A DNA stretch of 64,000 nucleotides. Origin: Lophium mytilinum (lineage: Eukaryota). Below the pieces are notes generated by a model. The model was not told the origin of the DNA and did not search any database. It worked only from the letters and a program-made list of their open reading frames with translations. This document shows, one piece after another, positions 52,522 through 62,674 of the stretch (the stretch's first letter is position 1; each line of letters begins with the position of its first letter). Location: positions 1,397,032 to 1,461,031 of the forward strand of contig MU004182.1 of NCBI GenBank assembly GCA_010093605.1. The letters run 5' to 3'. A program made the translations under genes and the position numbers.

Positions 52522-55288
52522 TCAAGGCATGTATGCACCACCAGCCACCACCATATTCATCCTCGTGAACTGCACCTTGTAGACAGGGCTCTTCTTCGTC
52601 GGGAAGGCCGATATCTGATCAGCAGTGATGCCAATGTCCTTTCCCTTGCCGCCTGCCTTGACAACGACGCTCGCATTAGCTTTGCCAGCGTCAATCTTGG
52701 TGCCAGCCCCGCCCTCCGCGACTACCTTTCCAGAGCTGTCCGAGGTCTCGAGAAGGACGTCCCAGACACGGACTGTGCCGTCGGCGCCACCAGACACCAA
52801 GATCGTGGACTCAACGGACCATGAGAGCGACCAGATGCCGCCCTTGCCATGCCCGCGCATACGCTTCTTACGACGGCCCTTCTCCAGATCCCAGAGAAGT
52901 ATCGCGCCGGTGTCATCGGCAGACGCAAGCGTCTTGCCATCCGGAGAGCAGGCTATGGCGGTTACGTTGCTGGTATGTCCAGTGAAGAGTCGCAAAGAGT
53001 TGCCGGTGGAGATATGCCACATCCGAACACTCTTGTCGCAAGATCCCGTGAAGACGTAGAGGTTGTTTGGGTGGAAAGAGACACAATCAACGTCATTGTC
53101 ATGTCCCACGTACATCTTCAGAGGCTCGATATGATCGGTGCTCCAAAGACGAGCGGTGCGGTCACCAGACCCGGTCAGGAAGTAGTGGCCTTGGGGTCCC
53201 CATGTAACATCCCAAATGGGGTTGTCGTGGCTTCTATACACAACAAGGCATGTCCATGTCTCAAGGGACCACAAGCGGACGGTTTTATCGGCGGAGCAGG
53301 AGAGGAGATACTGTGATGCAGTCGAAGGCCCGTCAGGGTCGGGAGACGCAATGGAAGGAGAAAAAGAAACTGCGTATACGGGCCCGGAGTGTCCAATCAG
53401 GCGACGTGAAGATTGCGGTCGGTCAGAGGTCGAGTCGTGCGGTGATGGGGGAAGAGCTGTGCCGTCCATCGACCAGACGCGAATGTAAGACTCTGCCATT
53501 CCGGCTGCGACGAGCTCATTGTCGCCAGAGAAGTCGAGGCAGTTGATGCTATGTACAAGAATTAGCAATGTTTAGAGGCACAAAATGACGCGTCTCGTCA
53601 AGGATACTACTAACCTGTCATGCGTGTTATGAAACGTGTACATTGACACGGTGAGCCCTGCCCCAACTCCACCAGTCCTGCCTGTAATCCTGTAGCGATC
53701 ACGGTGCTCTACCACCTTTTGTACTTCCATGGCAACGTCGCGAGCAAGTGAAGGTGGAAGAGGAACGACTTCCCGAGTTGGTCCGTCTTCAGTTGGCTCT
53801 CGCTTAATTATTTGTTCGAACTCGTCAACTAGTGACTGCTGGCCTGCCTGTGGCGGATTCTTGGTGTCTCTGTATGAAAGCTCCGCACGTACATCTTCCT
53901 GCAGCTCTGTTTCTGCGGGCATCGGCCCAAGATTGAGCTTGGCAAGGACATTAGGCGCATTGCGATCGGTGTTTGCTGAGCCAGGATTGTGTCCGGGAAT
54001 GCCCTCATCTTCAGCAGGCATGTCTTCATCGACAGCGCCACGTGCGATAATCGCTGCAATGCTACGCTCGGCTCCCGCAGCTGCTCGGTCTACCGTGTGC
54101 AGTTCCATGTGAATATTCATAATTTCCGCTACTACAGCCCCTCCATCGGGATTCTTTGATTCGAGGAATTGCATGAGGTTATTGAACGCCATGATGCTTA
54201 ATGTCAACCGGTACTTGTTCTCCAGATACACCTTCGCGATGTGGCTCTCGGTAAGATGCGGGGGTAGTTTGACTGCGGACAGAGCGCGCAGGTCGTCTTC
54301 GTGCTCTCGGTTGAATGGCTCCTTGAACTTGGCAAAGAACTGCTCGCCTTCTCGTATGTAGTGATCTCTGATTAAGTCCAAGTACGAGTAGACGAAGACG
54401 GGCCATTGCAGTCTACGGAGCTCAGGCTTGTAGAGGTCGAGACTATCCTCGATATAAGTGCGCAAAACGCCGAAGGCCGTGGTATACTTGGGTCCTCCCG
54501 AGTCCTCAACCCGAGTGACAATGGGGCGACCGTCTGCATCTTGATTTGCGGACTCTTTCCGGAGCATAGCCTCTGTACGGTTGTACCCCTTCTTACTGAG
54601 GTATTCAAGAACCTGCGACCACTTAGTTAGCCTTCTTCATAGTCAACGAAATAAAACGAGCATGGTGATTTGCATCTAATCCTAAGTAGCATTCTGGCCG
54701 GGGGTATCCAAGATCTCCATGGAGCACTGCCACGGCAGGCGGAGAGCATGACTGCTCTATAATACATACCACATTGTCTCCGTTGAAGGGTTCGTCGTAA
54801 GTGAGTAACACATTGCGCGCGGGTGGCATATTGTGCGCTCCCATTGGAAAGGCCGGACTAGTTCCGTTTGAGTGTGGATGCGCCATGGTTGGCCTATGGA
54901 GCGGGGTTGGACTGTTGGTCGGCGGTGCTTGTAGCAAGTTTTCGTCCCTGGGCTTCATAAGACCGTGCTTCTCAAACAAGGAGCCCTTTTTCTCAGGAGG
55001 AAAAGACCGGTTCCAGTCCGTCCAGCGTGGTGGGGGATTCGGGTTGTCGTCCTTTGGCGCAGGACTGAGATAGACGGGAGCAAGAGAGTCGACTCTACCT
55101 ACAATTTGGTTGAGGTTTTGTTGCGACTGGGGGCCTGCCTGCGCGCCTGCCGGGCCTCCAACGTTGTTCTGTGGCGTCTGCATGTGTTGCTGGGGCGGCA
55201 TGCCCGCACTCGGAGGCCCTCCAGGTCCATTGCTGATACTTACGCTCCTAGAGCCAGGCCCGCCTGGTCCAGAGGGCTGTCCCGACAT
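52522..55288 (-). CDS. TAF5: TFIID/SAGA subunit Taf5 (LisH, NTD2, WD40), 3 exons
   Basis: QNLNQI-VLEYLSKKGYNRTEAMLRKES, SLDLYKPEL...WPVFVYSYL, MYTFHNT, multiple WD repeats, FPTKKSPVYKVQFT. Introns 55102-54613 and ~53614-53550. Confidence 0.93.
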
Positions 55289-55790
55289 TTGAGGACGCGT
55301 GTCGAGAAGAAACGACGGTAGGTCGGTATGTATTTTTCACCACGTCGCAGATGGTGAATAGGAAGCTTCCATCGGCGGAGGGGCTTTCGGGTGGTGAATC
55401 GGAGGTCGGCGCGTCGTAGAGATGGGGTGGGTATTGCGAGAGCTGAGGGTAGATTGTGGGTATATTGTGTGGTGCGTGTAAATGGTGGTTTTGTCTTGCG
55501 ACAAGTCGTTGGTGCGGGTGCATGAATGAGTGAAGTGAGGTCCAAGGTCGGGAAGCTTCGCCAAGACTTCAGCCCTACGGCACCTCCGCCCGCATTGTTC
55601 CCCGACCTCACTTGGTACCTTCATTCTTCACACCATGTCAAAGCATCTTGAAAGCTTTTTCGTAAGCTTAACGTCACCACTGTCCTTATCCAACCCTACT
55701 CTCTCCTCCGCATCTCCACTTAGAGCGTTATTTAAAAAACAATGAGCCTTACCACCACCCACTTATAGTCCTCAAACTTCCCCCAGCACC

Positions 55791-56384
55791 ATGGCCGACA
55801 CACCCACCCCGAAAACCCCCGCCGAGCGCATCCAAGAACTCAGCACCATCAACGCACAAATCCCGCAAATCCTCGTCAACGCCAGCAGCGCCATCCGCGC
55901 CCTCACCAACTCCACCGCCCCGTCCACATCAAGCACTCCCTCGTCCTCCACCAACAACAGCAATCCCGCCTCCCTCGCCGCCCACAAAGCAACCTTCCAA
56001 ACGTCCACCCGCGCCTTCTTCACTCTAATAACTCAAATCTCTGCCCAACTTACCGACCAAGCCCGCGCCCTCGAAGCCGCTGGTATCATCCCCCCCACCA
56101 ACGCAAAAGCAGCATCGCGCGAGATGACGGGTGCTGAGATGGCGGCGATGTCAGAAGGGGGTGGGCCAGCTGGAGGCCTAGGGGGTGCACCTGCGCGGGA
56201 TTCGGAGGCTACGGTCATGAACGGGGGGCTTGGGAGGCTGGATGTCAGTTGGTTGAATGCCCGAGCGGGAGATGTGGGGACGCGGATGGAAGCAGAGGTG
56301 CTGGCTAGGGTGAGGGAGATTTTGAAAGAGGTGGGGGCAGAGGCGGGGGGGAAAGAGGAAGATGGAGAAATGGGGGATGTGTGA
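55791..56384 (+). CDS. MED11: Mediator complex subunit Med11
   Basis: TPAERIQELSTINAQIPQIL...AIRALT...F...L...L...LEAAGII...NGGLGRLDVSWLNAR...MEAEV, the pattern of filamentous-fungal Med11. Confidence 0.78.
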   Translation: MADTPTPKTPAERIQELSTINAQIPQILVNASSAIRALTNSTAPSTSSTPSSSTNNSNPASLAAHKATFQTSTRAFFTLITQISAQLTDQARALEAAGIIPPTNAKAASREMTGAEMAAMSEGGGPAGGLGGAPARDSEATVMNGGLGRLDVSWLNARAGDVGTRMEAEVLARVREILKEVGAEAGGKEEDGEMGDV

Positions 56385-56889
56385 GGATGGGGTCTGGGAG
56401 TACGAAAATTAGCAGCCAGCAACTTGATCGCCTAGCGGTGTATTGCTCGTGGCCATAGATCGTGAGCGTAGGCTTGTGATACCAATGTGGGAAAATTGGG
56501 CGCGAGGCTCATCCTTTCCCCGGCACTGGCTCGCCTCGAACAACTTTTCGATTTCTTGGCCAGATTAGAGTCTCACGGCTATTGAGGATGGCTTTGGAAG
56601 GGTGGTATGTTCGGGTTGGCGGTGGAGGTCAAGTGACGAGATGTGTAGCAGATTGATGTCAGGGGAAAGCTCAAAGGTGGCTAAATGGTTTCATGAGGTG
56701 TTCATGGCTGATGATATGTCTCAAATGTAAGCTTGAGAAGACTGGAACAGAATCGAAAAGATCAAGTTTCACCGACACTCAAATTACGCTACCTCGTAAT
56801 ACATACCTGACTCTTTCTTGCCACACCTTTTTGTGATTCATTCATATCTATATCTTGGGGCCTTTCAGAATCCTCCAAGGTTATACCAC

Positions 56890-58345
56890 TACCTACATCT
56901 TTGATCGGGTTTTTGATAATCACACAAGCCACCTCATACAGCGGCGTTTAAAGAGCAAAGTGATTGCTCAATATATATTGCTTCATCCTTTACATCGTGA
57001 ACTAGATTTCTGAAACCATACGAGCCACCTCATACAGCGGCGTCCAATAAGCAAAGTGAGTCTTCAATAGAGTTCATTCAAGAGGGATGGAAACGGGCCT
57101 AATAAGTGGGCCTAGTCGGGCTTCGTTTTTCCTCGCTAAATACCACTATTAGGATTGGCTCAACTAGCCTATAGCCACTTCGTCAGAAGGGTGTTCCATA
57201 TATACTGCTTCATCTTTTACATCTTCAATTTGATTTTTAAAATGCTATAAGCCACCTCATACAGTGGCGTCTAAGGAGCAAAGCGACTGCTCAATCAGGG
57301 GTTTGGAATTATACAAGCCACCTCACACGGCGGCATCTAAAGAGCAAAGTAACTGCTCCATCGAGTTCATTTAAGAAGGTGAATGGGCCTGATGATTTGG
57401 CCTATTTGGGCTTCACTTTTGCTCACTGATCGCCAGTGTGAGGGTAGGCTCAACTAGCCTGTAGCTACCCCGTAAAAAGGGTGTTCAATATGTACTACCC
57501 CGTTTTTTACATCCCTAATTAGAACTTTGGAACCACACGAGCCACCTCATACTGTGGCGTCTAAGGATTAAAGCGACTATTCAATCGGGGGTTGGAAATT
57601 ATACGAGCCACCCTACACAGCGGCGTCCAAGGAGCAAAGCGACTGTTCAATCGAGTGCATTCAAGAGGGATGGAAATGGGCCTAACGATTTGGCATAGTC
57701 GGCACTATAAGGAGTAGCCCAACCAGCTCGCAGTTTTTCGGCTAAAAGGGTGTTCAATATATACTGCATTACCTTTTACATCTTGATCGGATGCTTGAAA
57801 TCACACGAGCCACCTCATACAGCGGCATCTGCGGAGCAAAGTAACTATGCAATTAAGTTCATTCAAGAGGAGTGGAAATAGGCCTAAAGACTTGGCTTAG
57901 TCGGCACTATAAGGAGTACCCCAGCTAGCTCGCAGTTGCTCGGTCAAAAGGGTGTTCAATATATACTGCATCGTCACTTACATCTGTAATTAGATTTTTG
58001 AAAATCACACGAGCCACCTCACACAGCGGCGTTCAAGGAGCAAAGTGCTAGCCGGGCTTCCTTGTTGCCCGCTATACACCACTGTGAGGAGTAGCCCAAC
58101 CAGCCTGTAGCCGCTCCGTTAAAAGGATGCTTGATATAAGCTGCATCGTGACTTACATCTGTAATCGGATTTTGGAGAATCACACGAGCCACTTCACACA
58201 GCGGCGTCTAAGGAGTAAAATGCTCCATCAAGAGGGTGTCTAATATATACTGCATCATCGCTTACATAGTAATTAGATTCTTGAAGTTACACCAAGCCAC
58301 CTCACACATCAGCATTTGAAGAGCAAAGTGATTCTTCAGTCGAGT
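56890..58345. repeat. Modular repeat array with 10 copies of a ~35-bp core AGCCACCTCAYACAGCGGCGTCTAAGGAGCAAAG
   Basis: Cores at ~56927, 57023, 57250, 57316, 57540, 57606, 57808, 58012, 58187 and 58295. The intervening modules also recur. Confidence 0.93.
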
Positions 58346-58722
58346 TCATTCAAAGTCTATACAATTACAGTTCAAAGGAAAAGTAGAAGTTACCACCCAC
58401 TGCCCACGCCGGGTATCCGTCATTATGCCGCTAAAACCCCAGGAAGAGGTCGCTATGAGGCCTTGAAAAACACAAGAAAGGGCCAGAAGCTACACACAAA
58501 GCAAGGAAAAAGCCCCGAAAGAGGCAGCAAGTAGTCCGCTATGAGGCCACGACAAGCAGCCAGAAAGAGCAAAAGAAAGGAGAAAGAGAGCCAAAAGACC
58601 GCAAAGAGCAGTCTGGAAAAGCGACCAAAGGCCACGACAAGCAGCCACATATCTTACAGGAGTCCCACCACATACCACCCGAATAACTACACTGAGGCCA
58701 CGCAATGCACACAACTTCCGAC

Positions 58723-60378
58723 CTAGTCAACAATTGGTCCAAATTCGATGCCGCTCATCGCCTCGCCCTGGGGCGCTGGCGACACGCTCCGTCCGCTCTT
58801 CTTGGACACGGCGGGGGACTCGAACAGCGACGCGAAGGACCTCTCGCCCCCCACTCGCGACGAATGTCGCGACGAAAGCGGCGATCCAGCGCGCGACGCC
58901 GCGCGGGATCCGGCAGCAGAACGGGTGCGGCTTCCGTTCAAAGAGGTCGCAAGGTTGACCGAAGGGCTACGCCTCGGGGGCGATGAGGGCGGGTTCTGGG
59001 CGATGGTCTCCCCAATTGGGGTAGGCGACGTCATGGCTGCGAAGCCATTTGGCGGTTGGACGGACCCAGCGCGGACGGCGGAGAGGTTGGTGTCGTCGTT
59101 GTTGATGACGGAAGAGGACTCTTCCGGCTCGATTTGCGCAGCAGGTGTCTCCAGAACCGGCTCTTCTTCGACCGGAGGCGTGGTCTCAATGGCCTCTTCT
59201 TCCACCGGAGGGGTGGACGCGATCGGCTCTTCTGCTCCCGCAACGGTGTCCTCCATGTGGACGTCAGCAGTCTCTTCCTCCTCAATAGCCGGTTCTTCTG
59301 GGGCCATCACCGGGGCTTCTTCTTCCGCAATGGGCTCCTCCTCCGGTGCAGCCACAGGAGTCTTTCGCTGATTCTTTGACCCCTTTGGGCGACCGCGAGG
59401 CTTGGCGGTCTTGGCTGCCTCGGGGGCAGCCTTTGGAGCAGCCTTCGAAACGGCCTTCCGGGGCTTCTTCGCTGCCGGGGCAGCAGCTTCCTCGGGGGCA
59501 GTCCGCTTCCTGGACGTCCTGCCAGTAGGAACGTTCGCGGGAGCCGATTTGACGACCTTTTTCGTCGTCTTTTGCGCCGGTGCTGGTTTCGGGGCTGCTG
59601 CACGACGTCTGGTTTTCGGAGTCAGAATCGGACGGACTTCCTCAGTCTTCTGCGCAGCACGACCGCGCTTCCGGGGTGCCTCTGGGGCCTTTTCAGTCTC
59701 TTCAGCGACCTTAGCCGGGCGACCTCGTTTCTTGGGTGCTTCTTTGACGATTTCCACAGGCGCTGCGATCTTGGCCTGTCGACCGCGCTTCTTCGGCAGC
59801 TCCTTCTGAATCGGCTCAGCGGCCACAGCTGTTTTGGCAGACCGGCCACGCTTCTTGGGCGGCTCCAGGGCGGGCTCAGCTGGTGCAGCGACCTTGGCGG
59901 GACGACCTCGTTTCTTGGGGCCTTCTTCGACGACATCGACGACCACTGCGATTTTCGCTGATCGACCGCGCTTCTTGGGGGGCTCCTCCTCAATCGGCTC
60001 AGGGACAGCAGCAGTTTTGGCGACGCGACCACGCTGCTTGGGTGGCTTCGGCGCTGGATCAACCGGTGCAGCAGCCTTAGCGGGGCGACCTCGTTTCTTC
60101 GGTACGTCAGGAACCGCATGGGCAAGCTCCTGGTTCAGCTGCGCATCTGGTTCAGTCTGAGCCGGAGCGTCCTTCTTCGGGGGACGACCGCGACGCTTTG
60201 GAGCCGACTCAACGTTCTCTGAGACGGGCTTGGCCTTGGTGATCTTGGCCTTGGGGGGCTTGGTAATTTTCGCAGCAAGCTTCTTGGCTGGGGCATCTTC
60301 AGCATGCTGGGCAACGGCATTGCGAGTAGAGCGGCGGACGGCAGTCTTGGCTGCGGCGGTGTTCTTCTTTGGAGCCAT
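58723..60378 (-). CDS. Multi-AT-hook, Lys/Ala/Pro-rich chromatin-like protein with acidic C-terminal part
   Basis: Single ORF from MAPKKNTAAAK with about ten (K/R)RGR(P/S/Q/V/A) motifs, mostly ~20 aa apart. Confidence 0.75.
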   Translation of the reverse strand: MAPKKNTAAAKTAVRRSTRNAVAQHAEDAPAKKLAAKITKPPKAKITKAKPVSENVESAPKRRGRPPKKDAPAQTEPDAQLNQELAHAVPDVPKKRGRPAKAAAPVDPAPKPPKQRGRVAKTAAVPEPIEEEPPKKRGRSAKIAVVVDVVEEGPKKRGRPAKVAAPAEPALEPPKKRGRSAKTAVAAEPIQKELPKKRGRQAKIAAPVEIVKEAPKKRGRPAKVAEETEKAPEAPRKRGRAAQKTEEVRPILTPKTRRRAAAPKPAPAQKTTKKVVKSAPANVPTGRTSRKRTAPEEAAAPAAKKPRKAVSKAAPKAAPEAAKTAKPRGRPKGSKNQRKTPVAAPEEEPIAEEEAPVMAPEEPAIEEEETADVHMEDTVAGAEEPIASTPPVEEEAIETTPPVEEEPVLETPAAQIEPEESSSVINNDDTNLSAVRAGSVQPPNGFAAMTSPTPIGETIAQNPPSSPPRRSPSVNLATSLNGSRTRSAAGSRAASRAGSPLSSRHSSRVGGERSFASLFESPAVSKKSGRSVSPAPQGEAMSGIEFGPIVD

Positions 60379-60479
60379 GTCGTACGATGTTTGGGTGGTG
60401 CGTTGTTTTGATGACGTCACACGTGTTGGGAGCTTGTTTTGTTGTTGACACAGTCGATGAGAGAGTACAGTGTACGGAA

Positions 60480-61110
60480 TGAAGAGGATGGAGGGAGGTG
60501 TGCACAGAGATCGAGGTCTTGTTCGCTGATGAAGGGACCGAGACGCGATGAGCGTTAGGTCGGCTTAGCGCACAGGAATTGGGCGCGTGACGAGGTGATG
60601 AGATCGTAGCAGAATGAGACAAACTGCAGAAAGAGGACAAGTCGAGTGAGGTGTGTGTACAGAGCTCGAGGTTCCGAGGTCTTGTTTACCGACTGATGAT
60701 GCGAATGAGACGCGACAGGCGGCTCAGGTGGAGGACTCGGTTGCGCGAGACGGTGATGACGTCGCAACAGAAGGAGCCAAAGTACAGAACGAGGATGAGA
60801 CGAGTGAGGTCTGGATGCAGAGTTCGAGACGGCGAAATCTTGGTGGCTGATCGACGATGTGACCGAGACGCGATGGGCGGCAAGTCGGCTCAGGACGAAG
60901 GACTCGGTAGCGCGAGATGGTATTTACGTCGCAGCAGAAGAAGTGAAGGTACAGGACGAGGATGAGTCGAGTGAGGTCTTTGTACAGTGCTGAAGTCTTG
61001 TTTGCTGATGGATGTGGTGACCGAGACGCGACGGGCGACAACACGGCTCAGAGCAGGGGACTCAGGTGGGCGATGAAGTGATAAAGTCGCAGCGGAAAGA
61101 GAGAAGTAGA
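60480..61110. repeat. Degenerate ~155-190 bp tandem repeat (~4 copies) upstream of the AT-hook gene
   Basis: GAGACGCGA at ~60540, 60707, 60865 and 61023. GTCGAGTGAGGT/GACGAGTGAGGT at ~60641, 60799 and 60966. Confidence 0.85.
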
Positions 61111-62674
61111 GAGAGTAATGAGTGAGTGTGAGCGAAAGGATTGAAAGAAGGAAAGATCTGAGTAGCTCAATTCCGTAGCCTCGCAGATGGCGCAGACTGT
61201 AGCGAACGCGTCGTAATAGATGCGCTGCTGGCTCGCGGACGAGATGCTGGGGTAATTCGGTGCGCTAGTGAGCAACGGGAGAAGTATTCCAGTCAATGCG
61301 TGAAGGTGACGCTCTCGATCGGGGTGGATTGAGGTTGACAAGGAAATGTTGTTGGTGAGATGCAGAGGCGGCGGGGCGGGTTTGTGTATAAAAAGGCTGG
61401 GTGGCCCAAGCTCTTGTTGACAGGGATCACTAGCGCCAACCCCGCTGCCGGGCGCGGGCCCAGAAATCTACGGGCTGCTATCTGCACCGTGTCCGCAGAT
61501 GCAGTTCGGATCGCCAGGACCTTTCACCTGTCCTGCCTGTGTGGGGCACAGAGCTCTATTTGCTGGAGAACGGATGTAAGCATTCTTAGCTTCTCCCCCA
61601 TTCATCATGTCTTACCTGTCATTGGTTGAGTCTTGCGTCGTCGAGCAAAAGCACTTGCTATTGAATGTATTAAACATTCAAGATCGTAGTATGGAGGGAT
61701 GAAGGTGAGGTGGAAGTAGTAATTGAAACTGCATAGCGAGTTTATGTATTGCTCAAAGTAAAGAGGCCATGTCTTCTTCATATTGAATCAACGAGATTGA
61801 ATCACTCCTGACATTGACAAGACGGCTTACACATGTGACGAGAGATTTGACATGCCATCATTCAGTACCAATAATGGAAGAGAGGAATGTTATTGCAACT
61901 CAAGAAACCTGTTAACAATTTGGTCATACTAAGCCCTTGATGCCTGGCACAATTACGCTTCATTCGTAGCAGCCGCCTTAAACAATGCGCCTACACACCT
62001 CGATAGTGTACACCAGCAGACGCGGCAAAGTCGTCCTGAACGAACCTGAGAAAAAGAGCAGAAAAGAACTCGCACCATGCGTGAGCCGGCCCCGTTTATA
62101 AGCGCCAAACCGTTCTCGGAGTTGCTAGAAGAAAGCATAGAACCTAAGAGATAATCCGAGCCTTCCCTAAGTCCAACCAATAGGTAGCATTGGGCCACAA
62201 AAGTGAGACAACCTCCTGACCGACCAACGCCTGCACAAACCACTGCCCGAGCCATCATCGGATCACTTCCTTGTGCCCATCCGGCTCCGAGATCATGTAC
62301 ATGAGCTTCGGTATGGCTGCCTCCCAAGAAGCCAATCGCTGCGCCAGATCATGACTGCCGGCGGAATCGTCAAGTGAACGAGCTCTTTCCGCATCAGCCG
62401 GGCTGTCGCCACTCTCCGAGCATGGTGCATTGCGAGCCCGCCCTGACGTTCTTCGAATGAGTGTGTTTTTGTTGTTTTTCGTTTCGCTTTCTGACTTCCG
62501 CAGCTCGTCTGAAGCCGATTCCCTTCGCGAGTTATCTGCGTTGGAGTCCAATTCGTTTAGTTGTAGTCCGTCTCTGAGTCGATGCTGACAAAGGCGTTCT
62601 TTGTAAAGTTGATAGCTGCTGGGGATTATTGGAGCTCTTGTCTTTGGCAATTTAATCTATGAGGAGCAGCGGTG

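Noticed and set aside
56890..58345. CRISPR array (35-bp repeats with variable gaps)
   Set aside because: The gaps are homologous to each other and 30-190 bp long, the repeats are degenerate, there are no cas genes, and the genome is eukaryotic.
62255..62650. 131-aa minus ORF after PPZ1
   Set aside because: TTG start within the probable 3'UTR, no motifs.
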